Positions 33,590 through 45,519 of a stretch of 64,000 nt of DNA are shown here, piece by piece (positions within the stretch are counted from its first letter, which is position 1; each line of letters begins with the position of its first letter). The position numbers were made by a program, and so were the translations under genes. Under the pieces are notes generated by a model. The model made no database searches. It was not told where the DNA came from and saw only the letters and a program-made list of their open reading frames with translations. Source of the stretch: an uncultured delta proteobacterium (GTDB lineage Bacteria; Desulfobacterota; Desulfomonilia; UBA1062); assembly GCA_963752595.1 (NCBI GenBank), contig CAVVYZ010000030.1, positions 64,001-128,000 of the forward strand. Direction: 5' to 3'.

Positions 33590-34794
33590 ACGGGTTGTTG
33601 CCTTTGATGAATTGATTTGATGAAATCAATGAGCTTAATCATCTTGGCCCGATAATCCATATATTCAAGGGCATAATCACGCATCATCCGAGGTATATCG
33701 TTTCCAAATTTGAAGGACAGGCCCCGGGTGAACCGGATAACCTCATACATGTCAATCGCGCTGTCATCAGCGGGAGCTGTGAAGATAAAAGGCAGATCGG
33801 AGGAGATATCTTCATCCGCATAGGAAATCATGAAGGGTATTCCTCTGGCCATATACTCCCGAACTTTCAGGGTGGAGCCGGATGATAATTTTTTTCGATG
33901 TATCCCAAGGGTCCCTATTGCAATATCAGAGAGATCAAATTCCCGGTCGAGTTCTTCTCCTGTCAGGTAACCACGGGGAATGACCTGATTTTCTACGGAA
34001 AGTGATTTCATGAACTCCCGGAAAGAATCTGTGAGGTTGCCGGCGATATGCAGTTCGATCTTCACATCTCCACGGTATCTCGCTATGCCTTTGAGCACAC
34101 GGTCGATCCCCTGCCAGTCAGCAGTATGCGATCCTACATAGAGGAGCCTTAAGGATTCCTGATTGGTTGTATTGAATCTTTTCAGGGGATATTGTTCCAC
34201 ATCTATGCTGTTCGTCAGGGTCAATGATGGGACTGTTCTCTCGATCAGACCGAGTTCATACTTTGTTATCTCAGATGTTACCCCGATAACCCCATTTACA
34301 TTGAGTAGGACCTTTCTACCATTATTCATTATCAGGGGAGCAAGGATCCGGCCTGCTTTTGTCATGCGGAGCTCATCGTTTTCTTTCGCCTGATGTTCGG
34401 TTATCAGGACCAGCTTCGGATTGATCTTTTTCGGATTAAAGATCCCTGGTACATACGTAATGTTATAACGCCATATGATTACATCCGGCTGAAAAGATCG
34501 AATATCTCTATACGCCTCTGAAAATACGGGGCCAATCCGAAACAGGGAACAGAACAAAGGGATGGAAGAGAAGATACGATAGGGGGCAGAGGAGACTTCT
34601 TTCAGGTGATAATACTTACCGGAATCCATTGATTCGGGCTTCTTCTTCCGGGAAGCAACGATGCAGCAGCCATTGAATTTCAAGCCATTGTCTTTCCCGA
34701 TTTCCCCCAGAAAATTGCAGAATTCCCGCTCTTTCCTGAATACACCGGGAGAGAGATCAGGATTGTTAAATGAAAGATACATTACCCGTATCAT
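33574..34794 (-). CDS. glycosyltransferase (GT4-like)
   Basis: WQGIDRV, DIAIGTLGIHR, STLKVREYMARGIPF. Confidence 0.85.
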   Translation of the reverse strand: MIRVMYLSFNNPDLSPGVFRKEREFCNFLGEIGKDNGLKFNGCCIVASRKKKPESMDSGKYYHLKEVSSAPYRIFSSIPLFCSLFRIGPVFSEAYRDIRSFQPDVIIWRYNITYVPGIFNPKKINPKLVLITEHQAKENDELRMTKAGRILAPLIMNNGRKVLLNVNGVIGVTSEITKYELGLIERTVPSLTLTNSIDVEQYPLKRFNTTNQESLRLLYVGSHTADWQGIDRVLKGIARYRGDVKIELHIAGNLTDSFREFMKSLSVENQVIPRGYLTGEELDREFDLSDIAIGTLGIHRKKLSSGSTLKVREYMARGIPFMISYADEDISSDLPFIFTAPADDSAIDMYEVIRFTRGLSFKFGNDIPRMMRDYALEYMDYRAKMIKLIDFIKSIHQRQQPVCAES

Positions 34795-36809
34795 ACACTT
34801 ATATGAAAAGCCTCTATCCATTTACCAAAGCAGATCATCCTCCACACGAGAAAACTGAAAGGCCTTTTGCCGTCGATCATTTCATCCAGGATCCCGAGGA
34901 CGGCGTGAGACAGTATCCCCTGTGAACGATCCACAGCGCTCCTGAGCTCGTTCCGGAACAGCTGTGGATTATAGTTCTTTAACCAGAGCTGTTCAGGAGT
35001 AGCAAAACCGATCTTGTCTCTTCGGAGACGGACTTTCTCGGGCAGGATCCCGCGCATTGCCTCGCGAAGCACCCGTTTTGTAATTCCATCTTTCAGTTTG
35101 TATTCCTCGGGGAGACCGAGCACAAATTCCACGAGGCGATAATCAAGAAATGGTATACGGGCTTCGATCGAATTAGCCATAGAATTTCGATCTTCCCAGT
35201 GGAGCAGCATGGGAAGACTGGTCGCTCTGAGTTGCAGGAGGGAGAGCTCGAGTACAGAGCTCGGTTTCCTCTGCTCTAGTGAAAATGGATTCTCCGCCTC
35301 TGCGCCCATGAGATCTCGACTGAGCCATGGAGGGTCAAGGTCAGAAGTATGGAATATCTTTGCTACCATCTTACGCTGCGCAACGGGGAGGAGGAGGCTG
35401 GCCATATCCCTGGCAGAGTGGAGTATCGTGTATCCGTGAAGCCTTCGAGTAGCCCTGAGATCACACAATAAACGGATGAAACGCAGCTGCTTCATCAGAG
35501 ATGCCTGTCGCATGGCAAAGTAGGTATGATACCCAGCGAGATGCTCATCGGCTCCTTGTCCGTCAAGCATGACCTTTATCCCATGTTGCGATGCCAAGGC
35601 GAAAACATTCCATTGGGCATATATGCTTGCAGATCCGAAAGGTTCATCCTGATGCCACAGGATATCGGGCAGGGAAGGAAACAGGTTGTCCAATGATGGG
35701 TATACCGAAAATGACTTCAGGCCGGTTGCATTTACGACTTCGTCGATAAATTCTTTTTCGTCATACTGCTTCTCATTGGTGCATGCAGAGAACGATTTCT
35801 GGAGTAAAGGCTTCGATTGGGTCAGCAGTAAGCGGTTCATCATGCATACGATGGAAGATGAGTCCAGCCCGCCCGACAGGCAGGATCCCACCGGTACGTC
35901 GGATCTGAGACGCAGCCCCAAGGCGTCGGAAAAGATATTTCGGAATTCTGCTGCTGCTTCATCCAAGGTCCCTTCAAAGGCCCGGGGTTCAAGCACGTAC
36001 CAGGGTGCAGACTCGATCGGCTCGTGAAGAACAAGACAGGCATTGTTATGGGAGAATGTATTGAGATGGATCCTGAGGACATGTCCAGGCCTCAACTGGA
36101 AAACGCCTTTGAATGAAGTCTCTCCGGAGTGGTCTATGAGCCCCCATATGAGATAGTCATAGGCACGCTGGCCGTTCAAGCGGGGGCTCCATCCCGGCAG
36201 CACGGTAAACTGCTTGATTTCGGAAGCGAATGCAACAAGCCCCGAGGGTGATACCCAGTAGTAAAGGGGCTTTACCCCAAAGCGGTCACGGACTAGGGAG
36301 ATGGATTGGGTCAGTGTATCGTAGATGGCAAAGGAAAACATGCCGTTGAACCGGTTCAAACATGATTCTCCCCAGTACTCCCAGGCAGCAAGGATAACCT
36401 CTGTGTCGCTCTGGGAAATGAAGGTATATCCAAGCTCCTTGAGCTCTTCCCGTAATTCGAGGTAATTGTATACTTCACCATTATACACTATCCAATAACG
36501 GTTGTTTCTTGAGCACATGGGCTGGTGCCCGGTTACTGCCAGATCAATGATGGATAGACGGCGATGAGCCAAGCCGAGTGTTGCGAGCTCACCTGCCGGC
36601 AGCATATCTTTCGGGGCATAGGCAGTGGCTGACTGAAAACAAGCTGGAGAGGTATCTCTGCCTCCGAGTATGAGTGGATCCTGATCCAATCCTTTGAAAA
36701 GAACATAGCCTTCGTCGTCGGGCCCTCGATGGCGGACGAGGGTATTCATAAGCCGTAAGCTTTCGGCTCTGATAGGTTTCATGCTGAAAAATCCTGATAT
36801 TCCGCACAT
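34791..36809 (-). CDS. AsnB-type glutamine amidotransferase (copy 2)
   Basis: MCGISG, HRGPDDEG, LSGGLDSS, LDGQGADE, EDRNSMA. Confidence 0.93.
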   Translation of the reverse strand: MCGISGFFSMKPIRAESLRLMNTLVRHRGPDDEGYVLFKGLDQDPLILGGRDTSPACFQSATAYAPKDMLPAGELATLGLAHRRLSIIDLAVTGHQPMCSRNNRYWIVYNGEVYNYLELREELKELGYTFISQSDTEVILAAWEYWGESCLNRFNGMFSFAIYDTLTQSISLVRDRFGVKPLYYWVSPSGLVAFASEIKQFTVLPGWSPRLNGQRAYDYLIWGLIDHSGETSFKGVFQLRPGHVLRIHLNTFSHNNACLVLHEPIESAPWYVLEPRAFEGTLDEAAAEFRNIFSDALGLRLRSDVPVGSCLSGGLDSSSIVCMMNRLLLTQSKPLLQKSFSACTNEKQYDEKEFIDEVVNATGLKSFSVYPSLDNLFPSLPDILWHQDEPFGSASIYAQWNVFALASQHGIKVMLDGQGADEHLAGYHTYFAMRQASLMKQLRFIRLLCDLRATRRLHGYTILHSARDMASLLLPVAQRKMVAKIFHTSDLDPPWLSRDLMGAEAENPFSLEQRKPSSVLELSLLQLRATSLPMLLHWEDRNSMANSIEARIPFLDYRLVEFVLGLPEEYKLKDGITKRVLREAMRGILPEKVRLRRDKIGFATPEQLWLKNYNPQLFRNELRSAVDRSQGILSHAVLGILDEMIDGKRPFSFLVWRMICFGKWIEAFHISV

Positions 36810-36814
36810 GATAG

Positions 36815-37948
36815 TCAATCCTTCAGCAACAGGTTCACGTTTTCTATAAGCACCTTTTCAGAGGCTTCAAAGCACAATTCCTCCGATGCCTTGTGGGAGT
36901 TCTGCTTGAATCTGTCAACCTGTTCCCGGGTAAGGCGGTTCAGTTCAGCCGCAAGCATCTCTGGAGAAAAATCATCTGCCACAATACCAAGATCGTACCT
37001 CCGGACATACCGGGCCATCTCAGGCGAAGGGCCTATGGCCAGGGCAAGCCTTGCCTGAACGAATTCGAAAAATTTATTTGGAAGGGCAAGGGAAGAGTTG
37101 AGATTCACCGGGGGCAGTATATACAAGCCGATATCGTAAGAATTCAGTTTCATGGGAATTTCGTTTATTGCCACCGGATGAATGAATCGTATTCTCGGGA
37201 GCCGAGATGCCTTTTTCTTGAGATACTCGAGGTAGCCGGAACCATCATCCATGAGCATCAGGTCCAGGGTGAAGCGGTCACTCAGGTGACATATCATGTC
37301 TATCATAAGCTCGAGCTTCCGGGATGGGTTGGCTGTCCCGTGATGGATGAGAGAAAACCGCTCTTTGCAGGGTATGGGCTGAAGGTTCTGATAGTATGGG
37401 GCATTCATGATGACAAAAGGCTTAGAGATGCCGAACTGCCGGGAATATTTTTCGGCTATACCTTCGCAGACGGTCATCATGGCATTCACCTTTGGAAGGT
37501 GTTCCTGACACAGGAATGAAGTGGTATGCCTTTTGGCGAAGAAGCGCCAGGACCATTTTTCTTCAAACTCGGATGGGGAATATTCATGCGAATCAAGAAG
37601 CACTTTTCCCCCGTCAGCTATGCGTAGCGCCAGAGGTAGGGATTCAACATCGTTGGCAATGATGAGGTTGAAACGTTTCCCCTTAAGCTTCTGGATAGCT
37701 TCCCTGACATCCGGAAGGCCCCAGTAATATCTCTGGAACTGCCTGGTCTTGAGCAGCCATGCACCGAGAACCTTGTCCATGAGTTTCCGGCGCCGGGGAG
37801 CAAGGGGAATAAATCGAATCTCCTTCAGGCTCTCTCCGGCTCTTCCTTCTACCGTGAGCACGTGTTTGCCGGAAAGGGCAGAGATCTGCCGTCTCACGCG
37901 CGGATCGGTCTCTATGTTCGAAAATGAGATGATGAGGATCTCAGCCAT
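36815..37948 (-). CDS. glycosyltransferase (GT4-like, capsule/O-antigen type)
   Basis: DPRVRRQI, DSHEY, LIHHG, ALPNKFFEFVQARL. Confidence 0.85.
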   Translation of the reverse strand: MAEILIISFSNIETDPRVRRQISALSGKHVLTVEGRAGESLKEIRFIPLAPRRRKLMDKVLGAWLLKTRQFQRYYWGLPDVREAIQKLKGKRFNLIIANDVESLPLALRIADGGKVLLDSHEYSPSEFEEKWSWRFFAKRHTTSFLCQEHLPKVNAMMTVCEGIAEKYSRQFGISKPFVIMNAPYYQNLQPIPCKERFSLIHHGTANPSRKLELMIDMICHLSDRFTLDLMLMDDGSGYLEYLKKKASRLPRIRFIHPVAINEIPMKLNSYDIGLYILPPVNLNSSLALPNKFFEFVQARLALAIGPSPEMARYVRRYDLGIVADDFSPEMLAAELNRLTREQVDRFKQNSHKASEELCFEASEKVLIENVNLLLKD

Positions 37949-37959
37949 CTGGTAAAACT

Positions 37960-38287
37960 AGACCTTTGCATAATCAGGCGAGAAGGGTTTGTGCGGGGTT
38001 GATTGATATTTTATCATCAATTTTTCAATAAAAAGATTTCAATTTCCAGCATGGATCTCCTTCAAAAACCGCTGTGTCCGAGAAGATCCCAGTGCCTTGC
38101 TTAATTCAAGATCCAAGAAACTCATGTTCCCATCATACTCCTTTAATCCCATTTCATTCCCCCTTGGATTACAAGATGAAGAAAGACTACCATATTTACT
38201 CAATATTATCATTGCATTAAATGCCATCATCGCTTGTAATAGGCTCTATGTCTCGCCCCGGAATTGCCTGAATTGTGCAAAGGTCTC
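37960..38287 (-). mobile_element. internally deleted, non-autonomous IS5-family element (about 328 bp)
   Basis: Terminal inverted repeats AGACCTTTGCATAATCAGGC and AGACCTTTGCACAATTCAGGC (reverse complement); transposase N-terminal stub MGLKEYDGNMSFLDLELSKALG..RFLKEIH fused directly to the right end. Confidence 0.8.
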
Positions 38288-38460
38288 GGGCGATATGTCG
38301 TTTACATCTAGTCCCTGAAAGATAAAGACAGCCTGGCACAGCAGTGACAGGAAAAAGATGGAGCAGATAAAGGTCGTCTTTTTATTGAATTGTATATGGA
38401 CTTTCATGCTGGCGAAATCACTAATTTCTCGAATCCAGGACTATAGGAAGAATCCTAGGG

Positions 38461-39696
38461 CTATCTGCTCAATACATGCTCATAAATTTGGACAAGCTTC
38501 TTCATTTCGGTACGGGCATTTATCCCGATGGCTGCCTTACCTGCAGCCATCCTCATGGCAGCCCACTCTTCCTTGGTGGTTCGATTGAGCAAGGAGGCCA
38601 TATGTGAAGGGCTAAAAGAGGGGCACACGACACCGAAACCATAGTTTTCCACAAGGCCTGCCATCGAGGGAGAGGGCCCGATACATACGGGAAGGCCGGC
38701 GCAGATGAAATCAAAGAATTTGTTCGGCAATGCAACCAAATTATTATAGTTCGTGGGTGGGAGCATGTAGAATCCGACATCGAATCTCGATATGGTCTGC
38801 GTGATAAGCTCCGGGGGAACAGGATCATGGAAGAATACGCGCTCCGGAGCCACTGCTTCTGCTGTTCGTTTCAGCTTTTCCACGTATTCGTTATGGATGA
38901 ACATGAAGTGGAGACTGTACCGTTCATCACATTGCGCGATGGTTTTAATCATTAATTCCGGGTGCCTCAATCTGCTGGCCCCTCCGTGGTGTATCAATCT
39001 GACAGAAGAACTTTCCGTTTTGTGATGTAGCCCTGGAATGTTCTCCGGCGCATTCATGATTACCGTCGGATAGAAGCCGAATTCATCCCGGTATCTCTCT
39101 GCGATGGGAGAGGCGACAGTGATTGAAGCATCGGCCCATGGTGAATACTTTTTCAGTATGTATGTGATGAACCGTTTTTTTATCCACCACAGAGGAAGCT
39201 CTTCATACTCGAGAGGTGCATATTCATGCAAGTCCATCACCAGGGCGGAATGATTCTTCCGGGCAGCCTGTGCGGCAATGGGAAGGGCATCCCAATCATT
39301 GCCGTGATAGGCATCGTAACGGTTTGCAGAGGCATGCCTCCATGCTTCTTCATACTGCGGCTGCTTCCAGTACCAGGCTTCACTGGCGAGAGGGAGGACA
39401 ATGCCTGATAGTGACAGGAGCTTATTCCTAGCTTGTTGTAATTTATTGGCAACTCGTGCGAAGAATCGGATACCTCTAAAGGTACGGGCTTTTAAAGCTG
39501 TAGTGAGGGAGGGTATCTGATCCTGCCGGTCGAGCCGGATCCAGCTTATCCCTGGTGAATCCTCATAGGCGGGGTGTGGTGGTCCATAGCCAATGATGGT
39601 GATATCATAGAAGGGGGAGAGGTATTTGATCTGCCGCAGTACTCGGGCATCGCTGGATATGGGTGAGAAAGAAAGGATGCAGATTGATTTTCTCAT
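38461..39696 (-). CDS. glycosyltransferase (GT4-like), paralogue of 36815..37948
   Basis: DARVLRQI, DLHEY, LIHHG, ALPNKFFDFICAGL. Confidence 0.85.
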   Translation of the reverse strand: MRKSICILSFSPISSDARVLRQIKYLSPFYDITIIGYGPPHPAYEDSPGISWIRLDRQDQIPSLTTALKARTFRGIRFFARVANKLQQARNKLLSLSGIVLPLASEAWYWKQPQYEEAWRHASANRYDAYHGNDWDALPIAAQAARKNHSALVMDLHEYAPLEYEELPLWWIKKRFITYILKKYSPWADASITVASPIAERYRDEFGFYPTVIMNAPENIPGLHHKTESSSVRLIHHGGASRLRHPELMIKTIAQCDERYSLHFMFIHNEYVEKLKRTAEAVAPERVFFHDPVPPELITQTISRFDVGFYMLPPTNYNNLVALPNKFFDFICAGLPVCIGPSPSMAGLVENYGFGVVCPSFSPSHMASLLNRTTKEEWAAMRMAAGKAAIGINARTEMKKLVQIYEHVLSR

Positions 39697-41669
39697 GCCG
39701 GACCTATGTCAAAGGCCTTCATCCACAATGAAAGATTGGCCCATCGCCATGGAGTGAAGTCGCTCTGACCCGAGGTGCGAAGCTTCAAGAGATGAGCTTT
39801 CGCCTGTATCGGATCAATGAATTTTTTGAGCTTCGGGTTATCAAGGGCATTTTCAATTAGTGGGGAGAGCACGGTCTTTTGCCAGAGATCTTCAGGGGTG
39901 GAAAACCCTAACTTCGTTATCCGCTTCCTGATTTTATCCGGCAGCACCCCATCCATGGCCTGACGGAAGACGTATTTAGAGTACCCGTCCTTCATCTTGA
40001 AGCTTGAAGGCAGGCTGAACAGGAATTCCACGATCCGGTAATCGAGAAACGGCACCCGCCCTTCTACCGAGAATGCCATTGAGTTCCTGTCTTCATACTT
40101 GAGGAGGGCCTGTAGGTTGTTCTTGAACGTGAGCTGGTACAGGTAATTGTTGAGATGTTCATGCTCTCCGAACATAAGCATATGCTTATTTGCAGCAAAA
40201 AAGCTCTGTTCCTCGTACATACCGTATGCATCCGGATTCAGCCACGCCTTGGTATCTCTACCTGACCGGAGCTTCTTGATAGCCCGGTGCAATCTTGGTG
40301 ACTTTTTCAAGGAACCTGTGAGTTTATACAATACCAGAGGCAGGATGATCTCCAGGACAGGAGCATCAAATCTCCGGGATTCGTGCAGTAGCAGAAGAAG
40401 GTTTTTTTTCAGAAAGAGCTCTTTCAGATAGATATTTGTCGAATACGGGATGTACCCTGCAAGCAGCTCATCCGCCCCCTGGCCGTCGAGCATCACTTTA
40501 ACGCCGTTTTCACTGGCAAGTTTAAAAACCGACCACTGAGCATATATGCTCGTAGATCCGAAGGGTTCTTCCTGGTGCCATACAATTTTCTCAAGCTCAC
40601 TGATAAGGCCGTCGGAAGTTGGATAAGTGAAGTGTGCGTTCACGTTTGTTGTATGAATCGCCGCCTCCATATACTCCAGTTCGTTGGCTTCTTTTTCATC
40701 GAAGTGTGAACTGAAGGTATGCTGAATGTCATGGCGGCATTGTTCTTCGAGCAACGTATGGATAAGACACACTATGGATGAGCTGTCCAATCCCCCAGAG
40801 AGGCAGCTGCCCACCGGGACATCGCTGCGAAGCCTGAGGCTCACGCTGTCTTTCAGGAGTGAGTGGAACTCTTCGGAAGATTCGGAGAGGGTAATTTTTT
40901 CATTAATGGAAAATCGAGGGTCATAGTATAGTGACGCCGTCAGTTTGGGATACTTGAGATCGAAAATGAGGTTATGGCCCGGCAGGAGGCTCCTGACTCC
41001 CTGGAAAAAGGTCTCCTCAGTATGTTCCAGGGCTTGGAAGGATAAGTATTCATAGGCAATCTGCTCATTCATCTTGCGAGGTATGAAGGGAAAAAGGAGC
41101 AATTGCTTGATCTCCGATGCGAAGGCAAAATGCTCTCCATCAAAGAAATAATGGAAGGGCTTAATCCCAAACCTGTCGCGAGAGCAGAAAATCCTCTGGG
41201 CTTTGAGATCGGCAATGCCAAAGGACCACATCCCGTTGAATCTCTCCACGCACCTTTCTCCCCAATGTTGATATGCGTGCAGGATCACTTCCGTATCGGT
41301 CTGGGTTGTGAAAGAGTGTCCGGAGGCTTCAAGCTCCCGGCGCAGCTCGATGTAGTTATAAACTTCGCCATTGTAGGTTATCCAGTAAAGAGAATCCTGA
41401 TTGCACATGGGCTGAAGTCCTGCGGCTGAGAGATCCAGTATTGCCAGACGGCGGTGTGCCAGGGCAAGGTTCGTTCGCCTGGAGGGAAGGGGATTTCCCG
41501 AAAGGGAGGGAAGCCGGGAGACGTCTTTGTCTTTCGAGGAATAATCGTGGAAGAGCACAAATCCAGCCCCGTCCGGACCGCGATAACTGACTATATCGTT
41601 GGCAGCCTGCAGAGCAGACAGATAGGGTTGTATACCTGATGGACTATATAATCCTAATATGCCGCACAT
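39693..41669 (-). CDS. AsnB-type glutamine amidotransferase (copy 3)
   Basis: MCGILG, YRGPDG, HRRLAILDL, LSGGLDSS, LDGQGADE, EDRNSMA. Confidence 0.93.
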   Translation of the reverse strand: MCGILGLYSPSGIQPYLSALQAANDIVSYRGPDGAGFVLFHDYSSKDKDVSRLPSLSGNPLPSRRTNLALAHRRLAILDLSAAGLQPMCNQDSLYWITYNGEVYNYIELRRELEASGHSFTTQTDTEVILHAYQHWGERCVERFNGMWSFGIADLKAQRIFCSRDRFGIKPFHYFFDGEHFAFASEIKQLLLFPFIPRKMNEQIAYEYLSFQALEHTEETFFQGVRSLLPGHNLIFDLKYPKLTASLYYDPRFSINEKITLSESSEEFHSLLKDSVSLRLRSDVPVGSCLSGGLDSSSIVCLIHTLLEEQCRHDIQHTFSSHFDEKEANELEYMEAAIHTTNVNAHFTYPTSDGLISELEKIVWHQEEPFGSTSIYAQWSVFKLASENGVKVMLDGQGADELLAGYIPYSTNIYLKELFLKKNLLLLLHESRRFDAPVLEIILPLVLYKLTGSLKKSPRLHRAIKKLRSGRDTKAWLNPDAYGMYEEQSFFAANKHMLMFGEHEHLNNYLYQLTFKNNLQALLKYEDRNSMAFSVEGRVPFLDYRIVEFLFSLPSSFKMKDGYSKYVFRQAMDGVLPDKIRKRITKLGFSTPEDLWQKTVLSPLIENALDNPKLKKFIDPIQAKAHLLKLRTSGQSDFTPWRWANLSLWMKAFDIGPA

Positions 41670-41722
41670 GTATTTATCTCATGGTAAGAAGATTTTTCCC
41701 GGAAGAGAAGTGAATCGAAAGG

Positions 41723-43006
<1,284 letters not shown>

Positions 43007-43008
43007 GA

Positions 43009-43854
43009 TCAGATGACGTCGGCGAAATGCCGTTCAACCTGCTTGAAGTAGGTCAGGCCAAGTATGAAAAACCCCAAACTGACGACTACAGATATCAGAA
43101 CCATGTCCGTAGGGAAGGCCGTGCTGCCCAGCAAGGCGGAGCGGAAGCCTTCGATCACGCCGGTCATGGGATTGAGCGCGTAGATCATGCGGTATCGTTC
43201 CGGGATCATGGAGGCGGGGTACACGATGGGGGTGGCGAACATCCAGAACTGTACCAGGAAGGGGATCGTGTATCGTATATCGCGGTATTTTGCGTTGAGT
43301 GCGGCGAGCAGCATCCCTACGCCGCCGGCCGTGAGCATCATGAGGATAACGAGCCCGGGCAGCAAAAGCACCAGTAGGGTGGGAAAGATATTGTAGTACA
43401 GCATCATCCCGAGCAGTACGATGAACGCCAGGGCAAAATCCAGAAGACCCGCCATGACTGAGGTGAACGGTATGATGACGCGGGGGAAATATACTTTGGA
43501 GATCAGGCTTCCGGAGCCCACTATGCTGTTCGATGAGGTGCTGATCGCCCCGGAGAAATAGGTCCAGGCGATCATGGCCGTGTAATTGAAGATAGGGTAC
43601 GGAATGCCGTCGGAAGGGATCTTGACGAGTTTCCCGAAAAAGAGGGTGAATACGACCATCAAGAAGAACGGCTGTATGATCGCCCATAAGCCGCCGAGCA
43701 CGGTCTGCTTGTATTTCACCTTGATATCCCTGATGACGAGGAATGCAAAGAGATCCCTGTACTGGCTCAACTCTCTGAAGTCCAGGAGCTGAATGCCCGT
43801 TTTTTTCCGGATATGGATGAAATGCTTTCCGGAATCAGAAGTATGCTCGTTCAT
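43009..43854 (-). CDS. wzm: polysaccharide ABC transporter permease
   Basis: RDIKVKYKQTVLG, LISKVYFPR, FATPIVYP, LNPMTGVIEGFR. Confidence 0.93.
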   Translation of the reverse strand: MNEHTSDSGKHFIHIRKKTGIQLLDFRELSQYRDLFAFLVIRDIKVKYKQTVLGGLWAIIQPFFLMVVFTLFFGKLVKIPSDGIPYPIFNYTAMIAWTYFSGAISTSSNSIVGSGSLISKVYFPRVIIPFTSVMAGLLDFALAFIVLLGMMLYYNIFPTLLVLLLPGLVILMMLTAGGVGMLLAALNAKYRDIRYTIPFLVQFWMFATPIVYPASMIPERYRMIYALNPMTGVIEGFRSALLGSTAFPTDMVLISVVVSLGFFILGLTYFKQVERHFADVI

Positions 43855-43992
43855 GGACAGTATAATCCTTTTTCACAAAGCTCCGCATGCCCGGGTGAAA
43901 CCTGGACGATTGATGTGTATACTCCTCATGAATTAATCATCATTCGATCGACACAGTACTCATCGAATTTGCAGAATGTGAGCTTTAATCCA

Positions 43993-45123
43993 TCATTCGA
44001 TCGTTTTTTCCGTGAGCTGAATATAGCTGGTAATGAATTGGTTGGCAATCGAACTCCAACATATCGCGCTTTTCATATCCGATCTCTTTTTATCCAGAAT
44101 CTCCTGCGGAATGCTGCCTGACAGGGCAGCCAGGATTTTATCTGCAAGATCCCTCTCGTCACCTGATTTGAACAGGTATCCGTCCCGGCCGTGATTTATC
44201 AAGGATCTATTGGCGCTGATATCCGTCACTACGGGAATCAATCCTGAGGCTATTGCCTCGAGCAGGGCGATTGAAGTACCATCGGCTGTGGCAGTTGATA
44301 CAAACGCCGATGCACTCTCCATGAGCCCCGGTACAGCATTGTGGGGGACTGTTCCCATGAAAAGTACGTGGTCTGCTATTCCAAGACCTTCAGCCGATTC
44401 CTTGAGTGCAAGCTCAAGGGATCCTGTCCCTGCGATGATGCATTTTGCACATTGATTCTTTTCCAATACATAGGGCATTGCGCGGATAAGGGTTTGCGCA
44501 TCGTAGACCTTTTCCAGGCTCCTTGTGAAAAGGATAGTACGGCCATCGTGATTCGGCCTGATCCTGAAGAATGAGTCGTTTACCCCTGATGAGTACAGTT
44601 CCGCTTTCTTTAACAAAGGCCTTTCTTTCATTGCTTCGGAGACGATGGTTACTTTGTCCGCCAGCGTCACGGCAAGATCGAAAAGAAACCGAACCAGCCC
44701 CTTCTCGCTCACACGCATATCCATGCCCCGTGCAGTATTAATGACCGGGACCCTGGTCAGGATCCCGGCAAGAGAGGCAATCAGTCCAGTGGGTACGATC
44801 CAGTTGCCGTGGATAACATCGGGCTTTTCTTTCAGGCAGAGATATACCGCCTTGAAAAGTCCTGAAATCATATAGATGCACATTGAGAGAACAGGGATGG
44901 AATCGAGCTGATTGAGGGGAGTATCCCCGTTCGGGAATCGGAAACGATAGACCCGGATGCCCTGTTCTTCTTCGAACAGGGGGCTTTGTTTAAAAATGCG
45001 CGGTGTGAGTACGAGGACCTCAAGGCCCTGATTTACTAGTTCTCTGCAGAGCCTGCGAATGAATATCCCGCGGCTTGATCCCTCATAATCGGGATAGGAT
45101 GTCGTGATCATGAGGACCTTCAT
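43993..45123 (-). CDS. glycosyltransferase family 4
   Basis: MKVLMITTSYP, DVIHGNW, DGTSIALLEAIASG. Confidence 0.9.
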   Translation of the reverse strand: MKVLMITTSYPDYEGSSRGIFIRRLCRELVNQGLEVLVLTPRIFKQSPLFEEEQGIRVYRFRFPNGDTPLNQLDSIPVLSMCIYMISGLFKAVYLCLKEKPDVIHGNWIVPTGLIASLAGILTRVPVINTARGMDMRVSEKGLVRFLFDLAVTLADKVTIVSEAMKERPLLKKAELYSSGVNDSFFRIRPNHDGRTILFTRSLEKVYDAQTLIRAMPYVLEKNQCAKCIIAGTGSLELALKESAEGLGIADHVLFMGTVPHNAVPGLMESASAFVSTATADGTSIALLEAIASGLIPVVTDISANRSLINHGRDGYLFKSGDERDLADKILAALSGSIPQEILDKKRSDMKSAICWSSIANQFITSYIQLTEKTIE

Positions 45124-45344
45124 GTAAAAAACTCCTATACCACACATCTCCATGCTCGTAATCAACTCATTGCTGATCGACATAACGGCCTGGTATCTTT
45201 ACGCTCGACCATACCGTGAGTACATGGAAAATGATCAATAGAAAAGCTACTGCTTAAGTAAAGAGAAAGGCGCTTCCAGTATAAAGGACAGAGGTGAGGG
45301 AGAGCCTAAAAGAAGTAATGTTGTAATACAAACATACTAATCTC

Positions 45345-45374
45345 TTGACAAAAAAGATTGAGATATAATATTCT
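45345..45374 (+). promoter_or_regulatory. candidate sigma-70 promoter for the acyl-CoA operon
   Basis: TTGACA-N18-TATTCT in an AT-rich divergent intergenic region. Confidence 0.4.
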
Positions 45375-45519
45375 GTTTTAGATGTAATTTTTGTGTCATT
45401 ATTTGGGAGGTTTCGTCAGGGGATTTATATGCTCGTTTTCTTCAGGCAGGTACGAGCCGCTGCATAATCATCAGTATTTAAGGGTAGAATCTAAACTTGT
45501 TTGGGGTGGATATACTGCG

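Noticed and set aside
38309-38443. 135-bp segment bounded by TAGTCC...GGACTA as a second MITE
   Set aside because: Inverted repeat only about 6-8 bp and no second full copy seen; kept only as a weak note in the 54943 finding
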